DNA from: Candidatus Falkowbacteria bacterium
GTDB taxonomy: Bacteria; Patescibacteriota; Patescibacteriia; Patescibacteriales; UBA12465
DNA length: 64,000 bases
Reading direction: 5' to 3'
Assembly: GCA_016432645.1 (NCBI GenBank)
Contig: CP066698.1
Location: forward strand, 773,062-837,061
Both the position numbers and the translations under genes were made by a program. Of the stretch, positions 58,531-64,000 are shown piece by piece. Within the stretch, counting starts at the first letter, position 1, and the number at the start of each line of letters is the position of its first letter. The notes beneath the pieces are model-generated. The model did no database searches. It had not been told where the DNA came from and saw only the letters and a program-made list of their open reading frames with translations.

Positions 58531-59904
58531 ATGCCTCGAAGAAAAAAGGGTTCGGCGGAAGCGGAAATGACCAAAGCCGAAAAGAAAAATGACAAAACCC
58601 CTAGTCGTTTATTGGGAATGAAAGATTTTACCGGTTTAGAACAGGCTTGTTTTGATTTAGCCTACGAAAAAGCCGCTTACTTGGCCAAGCTTTATAGTTT
58701 TTCTCCTATTAAAACGCCGATTTTAGAAAGTTTTGATTTATATAAAAAAACCACTCGCCATAATAATGATAAAGAAGTTTATTTCGTGGATGGTGAGAAG
58801 AGCGAAAAGATGACTTTAAGACCGGAAATAACTCAAGGCGTCCTGCGCTCTTATTTGGAAACCAGCGAAATCTCCGGTCAAAAATTAGCCCGCCTGTTTT
58901 CTTTTGGTCCAGTTTTTAGACGGGAAAAATTACAAAGCGGTCGTTATCGCGAATCAACGCAGCTTAATTTGGAGCTGATTGGCGAACGCAAGCCAATGGC
59001 CGAAGCCTTATTAATTACCGTCGCCAATAATTTTTTTGAAGAACTGGGAATAAAAGTCCAGGTTCAAGTTAATAGTCTTGGCGGCAGCGAGTGCCGTAAA
59101 GAATATTGCGCTAAACTGTTAAATTTTTATAAAGAAAGAGGCCGGAAATCCAAATTATGCAACACCTGCAAGAATGGTTTAAATAAAAATTGCTTGAGTC
59201 TTTTGGATTGTAAAGATGAATCTTGCATGAAGTTACGGGAAGAGGCTCCTCAATTGGCCGATTTTTTATCAGATGACAGTCGAGAATATTTAACCAAAAC
59301 TTTAGAATTTTTAGATGAATTAAATATTAGCTATAACTTCAACCCTTATCTTGTCCGCGGTTTAAATTATTATAATGATATTGTGTTTGAATTTTGGCCG
59401 GTTAATGATGACGGCACAGTCGGTAAATTAGCCTTGGGCGGCGGCGGACGTTATGATAGTTTAATTGAGTCTTTGGGGGGAGTATCTACTCCGGCAGCTG
59501 GTTTGGCAATTGGAATTGAACGAACAATCGCTAAAATTAAGGATAAAGCGGCTTTGACAAATAAAACAGAAGAGGATATAGTATTTATTGCGCAATTAGG
59601 CGATCAGGCCAAACTTAAAGCTTTGCAATTATTTGAAGATTTAAGAAAGGCCGGATTTAATGTTAGACAATCATTTGCCTCTGATAGTTTAAAGTTTCAG
59701 CTTGAAGAAGCAGTGGCGATTAAGGCCAAAACTAGCCTTATTTTAGGCAAAAAAGAAATAATGGACGGAACTATCCTGATGCGCGATATGGACTCAGGAA
59801 CGCAAGAGACTTTAGTTTTTAAGAAAGTGAGAGAGCGTTTAGAGCGTAAAGATAAATTAATAAAAAAAGTTAATAATAGAAAGGAAGGTGCATTTTATGG
59901 CTGA
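58531..59904 (+). CDS. hisS: Histidine--tRNA ligase family protein (divergent; possibly a paralog)
   Basis: TP.LE, LRPE.T, GPVFR.E..Q.GRYR, LVRGL.YY, GGGRYD.L, G.AIG.ER, anticodon-binding domain; some key residues substituted. Confidence 0.8.
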   Translation: MPRRKKGSAEAEMTKAEKKNDKTPSRLLGMKDFTGLEQACFDLAYEKAAYLAKLYSFSPIKTPILESFDLYKKTTRHNNDKEVYFVDGEKSEKMTLRPEITQGVLRSYLETSEISGQKLARLFSFGPVFRREKLQSGRYRESTQLNLELIGERKPMAEALLITVANNFFEELGIKVQVQVNSLGGSECRKEYCAKLLNFYKERGRKSKLCNTCKNGLNKNCLSLLDCKDESCMKLREEAPQLADFLSDDSREYLTKTLEFLDELNISYNFNPYLVRGLNYYNDIVFEFWPVNDDGTVGKLALGGGGRYDSLIESLGGVSTPAAGLAIGIERTIAKIKDKAALTNKTEEDIVFIAQLGDQAKLKALQLFEDLRKAGFNVRQSFASDSLKFQLEEAVAIKAKTSLILGKKEIMDGTILMRDMDSGTQETLVFKKVRERLERKDKLIKKVNNRKEGAFYG

Positions 59905-60127
59905 TTTTAAAAGAAAACCAGGCGAAAGCTTTGAAAGTTTCTTAAGAAAATTTAAGAAAGGTTTAAAGAATAGCAAGCGTTTAGAAAAAGCTAGATCCAA
60001 GAAACATCTAGAACCAAAACAAACCAAACGTCTCTTTAAGAAAAGAGCTCTGTCTGGTTTAGCCTTGAGCAAAAAAAATGAATTTTTAAGAAAAACCGGA
60101 AAACTTGCGGAAACTACCAGAAGATAA
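59897..60127 (+). CDS. rpsU: 30S ribosomal protein S21
   Basis: KRK.GESFES.LRKFKK basic small protein; SD-like AGAAAGGAAGGTG 6 nt before ATG 59897. Confidence 0.85.
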   Translation: MADFKRKPGESFESFLRKFKKGLKNSKRLEKARSKKHLEPKQTKRLFKKRALSGLALSKKNEFLRKTGKLAETTRR

Positions 60128-60144
60128 TTTGTTTAAAAGGTATA

Positions 60145-60177
60145 TAAAAAACACCCTCTTGTGAGGGTGTTTTTTTT
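60145..60177. terminator. Bidirectional terminator
   Basis: AAAAAACACCCTC-TTGT-GAGGGTGTTTTTTT. Confidence 0.8.
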
Positions 60178-60194
60178 GTTAGTATTTTTAAAGG

Positions 60195-61661
60195 TTATTT
60201 ATTTATTCCCGGAATAAAGCGTTTCATTTTATCTAAAGTTGATTTCTTGGCATGAGCTTTTATTTGGTCGCGCGCGCGCTTGGTTTTTACAAATTTAAGC
60301 CAATCTTTATTGGGGTATTGTCGATTTTTTTCGACAATAACTTCTACCAAGTCGCCATTTTTTAACTCTTGGTCCAGTTTGCCGAGCTTATCATTGATAA
60401 TCACGCCGGCGGCCTTGTTGCCGACATTGCCATGAACGGCGTAAGCGAAATCAATCGGAGTAGCTTTTTCTGGAAGCTCAAAAACATCGCCGCGTGGAGA
60501 AAATACAAAAATCCGATCGCGGAAAATATCCATTTTGATATTTTTAACAAACTCGGAAGTCGTGGTAATTTCTTTTTGAATGTCAATAATTTCATTGACC
60601 CATTTCGGCTGCTGGTAGTTGCGCTCGCTTTTTGATTTATAATACCAATGGGCGGCGATACCGTAGATTGATTCTTCATGCATTTCCCGAGTGCGTATTT
60701 GAAATTCCGTCGGTTTGCCTTCCGGACCGAAAATCGTGGTGTGCAGGGAGCGATAGCCATTAGGTTTAGGCACGGCGATGTAATCTTTAAAGCGGTTGGT
60801 TTTAGGCCGCCAAATGGTATGGATTACTCCTAGAACCTTATAGCAATCATCAATAGTTGGGACAATTAAGCGCAAGGCGAAAACATCATAGATTTCGTTG
60901 AATTTCCGGTCTTTTTCCTGCATTTTTTTATAGATACTGTAGAGGTGTTTAAAGCGCGCTTCAATTTCGTAATTTTTAATATTGGCTTCCTCTAACTTGG
61001 GGACCAAAATGCTTTTTACTTTATGAAAAAAACGTTGGCGTTCAACTTTTTTTTCCACTTCATATTCATATTCCAGTTCATGAAATTTTTCTGGGTATAA
61101 ATATTTAAAACACAAGTCTTCCATTTGCCACTTTAAACGTCCAATCCCCAAAAGACCGGCAATCGGAGCATAGATTTCTAAAGTTTCTTCAGCAATACGC
61201 CGTTTTTTCTCTGGCGGCAAACTTTCTAGCGTTCGCAAGTTGTTAAGACGGTCGCAAAATTTAATAAAAATAACGCGCAAGTCGCTCGTCATCGCTAAAA
61301 ACATTTTTTTTAAATTTTCTCGATATCTTTCGATGCCACGGTATTTTATTTTACTGAGCTTGGTAACGCCACTAACTAACGAGGCAACCTCAGGGCCGAA
61401 TTCCTGTTCAATTTCTTCAATTGTTCTCTCAGTATCCTCAGGGACATCATGAAGAATTCCGGCTACGACGGTTGGCAAATCAGCTCGTATCTCGGCCAAG
61501 ATATAGGCGGTATGCAACGGGTGTTGAATATAGGGTTCACCATTTTTTCTGAGTTGTCCGGCATGGGCGGTGTCGGCAAAAATAAAAGCCTTTTCCAGGA
61601 TAGCGGTATCGGTCCCAGGGTTATTGTCAGAGAATTTTTTTATAATCCTTTCAATCGTCAT
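60195..61661 (-). CDS. rel: RelA/SpoT homolog (HD hydrolase, synthetase and TGS domains; no ACT domain)
   Basis: H.GQ.RK.GEPY..HP, LHD..EDT, KDYIA.PK.NGY.SLHT, EFQIRT, AAHW.YK, TPIDFAY.VH. Confidence 0.93.
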   Translation of the reverse strand: MTIERIIKKFSDNNPGTDTAILEKAFIFADTAHAGQLRKNGEPYIQHPLHTAYILAEIRADLPTVVAGILHDVPEDTERTIEEIEQEFGPEVASLVSGVTKLSKIKYRGIERYRENLKKMFLAMTSDLRVIFIKFCDRLNNLRTLESLPPEKKRRIAEETLEIYAPIAGLLGIGRLKWQMEDLCFKYLYPEKFHELEYEYEVEKKVERQRFFHKVKSILVPKLEEANIKNYEIEARFKHLYSIYKKMQEKDRKFNEIYDVFALRLIVPTIDDCYKVLGVIHTIWRPKTNRFKDYIAVPKPNGYRSLHTTIFGPEGKPTEFQIRTREMHEESIYGIAAHWYYKSKSERNYQQPKWVNEIIDIQKEITTTSEFVKNIKMDIFRDRIFVFSPRGDVFELPEKATPIDFAYAVHGNVGNKAAGVIINDKLGKLDQELKNGDLVEVIVEKNRQYPNKDWLKFVKTKRARDQIKAHAKKSTLDKMKRFIPGINK

Positions 61662-61755
61662 AAAAAGTTTTTCATTTATCTGATTTATGCTATAATAAGA
61701 CTAAGATTAATTATACCAACAAGCAGGACAATTTAAAAGTTTTTTTATTTTAAAA

Positions 61756-64000
61756 ATGCTTAAAAAAAATAAAATAATTTACGGTATTCTCGTAACTATC
61801 GCCGCTCTTTTGCCGGTGGCATTTGTATATGCTCAGGCGGATTTTGGTATTAACGCCGTTAATAATTCTATCAATCTAGCCGGCGGCGATCCGCGGGCGA
61901 TGGTTGGCCGCATTATTCAGATTATTCTTAGTTTTCTAGGGGTAATTATTTTAGGCTTGATAATCTACGCCGGATTTTTATGGATGACTTCTAATGGCGA
62001 AGAAGATAAAATTAGCCAGGCAAAAACAATTCTTAAAAATGCCACTATTGGTTTGGCGGTTACTTTATCGGCTTGGGCAATTACTACCTTTATTATTTCC
62101 AAGCTTTCAGGGGCAATTTCGGGAGTTGAAGGCAACCCTATTCAAAATTCTGGAAATAATTTAGCTAATTCAGGATTTGGAGCAATGGGAGCCTGCTCAG
62201 TTGATATGGTTTATCCGGAGAACAGCCAAAACAATGTAGCTCGCAATTCCTCAATCATTGTTAGCTTTAAAGAAGTTATTGGGCTTGATTCAGTTTGCGT
62301 AAACGCGAGCGGAACGACTTGCACCTGCGATAATGCCGCTTGTTCTTTAATTAATCCCCGAGCTATCAGAATTTTTAAAAGCGGTTTGGGCGATGCTTGT
62401 ACTAATTCTTGCCCGACTCCGAATACAAATGTTACCGATGTTTCAGTTTCGGTCTCGGCTGATAAATTAACTCTCGTTTTATCGCCTCTAAGTTATTTAG
62501 GTTCGGAGAGCGCTAATACAGAATATGATATTAAATTAACCAACGATTTTAAGAAGGCTGACGGAACTTCCATGTTTAGCACCTGCAGTAATGATGGTTT
62601 TCAGTGGGGGTTTGAAGTCAGTACTAATTTAGACTTAACTCCTCCCCAAGTAATGTTTAACTCTCTTTATCCGCGTCCCGATAATGAACGCGATTTGATT
62701 AATGTTGATACTCCGGCTAGAAATGCCAGCGCGGAAATTTCCGTAAATAGTTGTCCTCAAATTTATTCCCCGGCAGGCGTGTTAAACGTTTTGCCTAATG
62801 CTGAAGTGGTGCTTGATTATCATGGTTTAATAAATAAGTTCAAAGTAGTTGTGCCGGCAGCGACTCCTGACAAAGCCCAATTGTTTAACGGCAATACCAA
62901 TGCTTTATTGGGGGTAGCTGATTTTGACGGTCAAAATACAGTAGTTTTTGACGGCTATTTTAGCATTAAAACTACCGGTCATGCTGCCGGAGATTCCTGG
63001 GAAATAACGATTAGTCCTGAAAAATTAGCTGACACTTTAAGCGTTGGCAATTCAGTTTATATTTTTGCGGCCAGTAGCGGTAATAATAATATTGTCGTCC
63101 CGGGAACTTGTGATCTTGGTATCCAGGCGTCTAATATTCAAGCACAATTAAGCGGTAACCCGGCCGTGATTGTTAATCGATCCGGTAATCGAGTTTTATT
63201 GACCGCTAAAGTTGCCGGGGCTGCTGGGAATAATTTAAGTTTAGCTACTAGCAATATCAATGCTTTGGGTATTAATGCTTTTGCCGGCGGTGTTGACCGC
63301 CAGCTAAATAGCCAAGCTAAGGGCAGCCCTGATTCTCCGATGAACTCCATAATTAAGGTCAATTTTAATGAGGCCATGAACCCGTTGACTTTATCAGGAA
63401 CGGCCTCTGAAGTTGCTAACTATATTCAAGTTGTTAACGCTTCTTCAACCAGTAAAACTGATGGCGCAGTTTGCGCTAGTAATGCCGATTGCCGCTCTTA
63501 TCGATGCGATGCTTATGTTTGTCGTGGAAATTACGTTAGCGGTAGTTTTAGAGTTAGCGGCAACTATCGAACTGTAGAATTTGTTTCCGATAATGAGTGC
63601 GGAATTAATGGTTGCGGAGAAAAAATCTACTGCTTGCCAGCTAATAGTAATTTAGCAATTGAGGTTAAAGCCGCTAATATGAAGGTTTGTGCCAGCGATA
63701 CTGATTGCGCCGCTTATAGCCCCTTTAAAACTTGCGCCTTAAATCAATTAGGCTATCGTTCCTGTCAAGATGTTAATGGCCGTAATTATCCTGGCGCTAA
63801 TCCGCTTCAGTTAGACGGCATTATTGATGCGGCGCTTAATTCTCTGGACGGCAATCGGGACACGGTCGTGGAAGGTCCAATTAGTTTTTTCAGTGATAAT
63901 TTCCCCAGCAATAAAAATAATCGCGATAGTTATCGCAACTCCTTCTTTATTAACGATAAAATAGAGACTACACCACCAAAAATTACCAGTATCAATCCTG
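61756..64000 (+). CDS. Large surface protein: TrbC/VirB2-like pilin domain fused to Cys-rich Ig-like domains (partial, runs off the window; not in ORF track)
   Basis: ATG 61756; signal peptide, then IIQIILSFLG...IIYAGFLWMTS.G.E.KI..AK.ILKNA.IGL; YPE...V.RN..I...F and DLTPP/ETTPP.I.S..P Big-domain boundaries; no in-frame stop seen. Confidence 0.85.
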   Translation, partial: MLKKNKIIYGILVTIAALLPVAFVYAQADFGINAVNNSINLAGGDPRAMVGRIIQIILSFLGVIILGLIIYAGFLWMTSNGEEDKISQAKTILKNATIGLAVTLSAWAITTFIISKLSGAISGVEGNPIQNSGNNLANSGFGAMGACSVDMVYPENSQNNVARNSSIIVSFKEVIGLDSVCVNASGTTCTCDNAACSLINPRAIRIFKSGLGDACTNSCPTPNTNVTDVSVSVSADKLTLVLSPLSYLGSESANTEYDIKLTNDFKKADGTSMFSTCSNDGFQWGFEVSTNLDLTPPQVMFNSLYPRPDNERDLINVDTPARNASAEISVNSCPQIYSPAGVLNVLPNAEVVLDYHGLINKFKVVVPAATPDKAQLFNGNTNALLGVADFDGQNTVVFDGYFSIKTTGHAAGDSWEITISPEKLADTLSVGNSVYIFAASSGNNNIVVPGTCDLGIQASNIQAQLSGNPAVIVNRSGNRVLLTAKVAGAAGNNLSLATSNINALGINAFAGGVDRQLNSQAKGSPDSPMNSIIKVNFNEAMNPLTLSGTASEVANYIQVVNASSTSKTDGAVCASNADCRSYRCDAYVCRGNYVSGSFRVSGNYRTVEFVSDNECGINGCGEKIYCLPANSNLAIEVKAANMKVCASDTDCAAYSPFKTCALNQLGYRSCQDVNGRNYPGANPLQLDGIIDAALNSLDGNRDTVVEGPISFFSDNFPSNKNNRDSYRNSFFINDKIETTPPKITSINP

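Noticed and set aside
63138..63377. 79-aa minus-strand ORF and the many other short antisense or nested ORFs in the track
   Set aside because: They lie opposite or inside well-supported longer genes and lack motifs or start contexts
1..64000. Alternative genetic code (UGA=Gly), prophage, IS elements, integron, introns
   Set aside because: Conserved genes are full length in code 11 and TGA ends ruvB at the expected place; no integrase, transposase or phage genes, no attC-like repeats, and tRNAs are uninterrupted

Overview
A compact, AT-rich bacterial chromosomal segment that reads cleanly in the standard code (TGA is used as stop). Gene content and style point to a Patescibacteria/CPR genome, probably ABY1/Parcubacteria-like; this is inference from archaeal-type Cmk, alpha2 GlyRS, a split ComEC MBL domain, a pilin fused to a Cys-rich Ig-like protein and SD-less starts. 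The window holds about 65 CDS: housekeeping translation, repair and envelope genes (rplS, efp, rpsR-ssb-rpsF, ychF, tsaD/E, argS, glyS, gyrA, uvrA, ruvB, queA, lepB, rpsU, rel) with stand-alone orphan genes in between. There are 7 tRNA genes, none encoding CCA. No rRNA, CRISPR array, integrase, transposase or prophage was seen. Two real CDS are missing from the ORF track: a 46-aa histone-H1-like Lys/Ala/Pro/Val microprotein (37379-37519) and a large pilin-Ig-like fusion running off the right edge (61756->64000). Most interesting signals: (1) a minus-strand operon encoding a membrane protein, a single-chain tandem double PilB/GspE ATPase, a Translin/TRAX (C3PO)-type nuclease and a metallophosphoesterase; (2) extended Shine-Dalgarno sequences seen only before rpsU and the H1-like gene, recalling bS21-dependent anti-SD occlusion in Bacteroidota; (3) a repeated promoter, boxA-like motif, ORF, terminator layout for orphan genes, including one ~340-nt unit with no credible ORF next to two DnaA boxes; (4) a split PurH/PurO pair, a class II UvrA and a motif-degenerate HisRS. 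All calls come from motif recognition by eye; no database searches were run.
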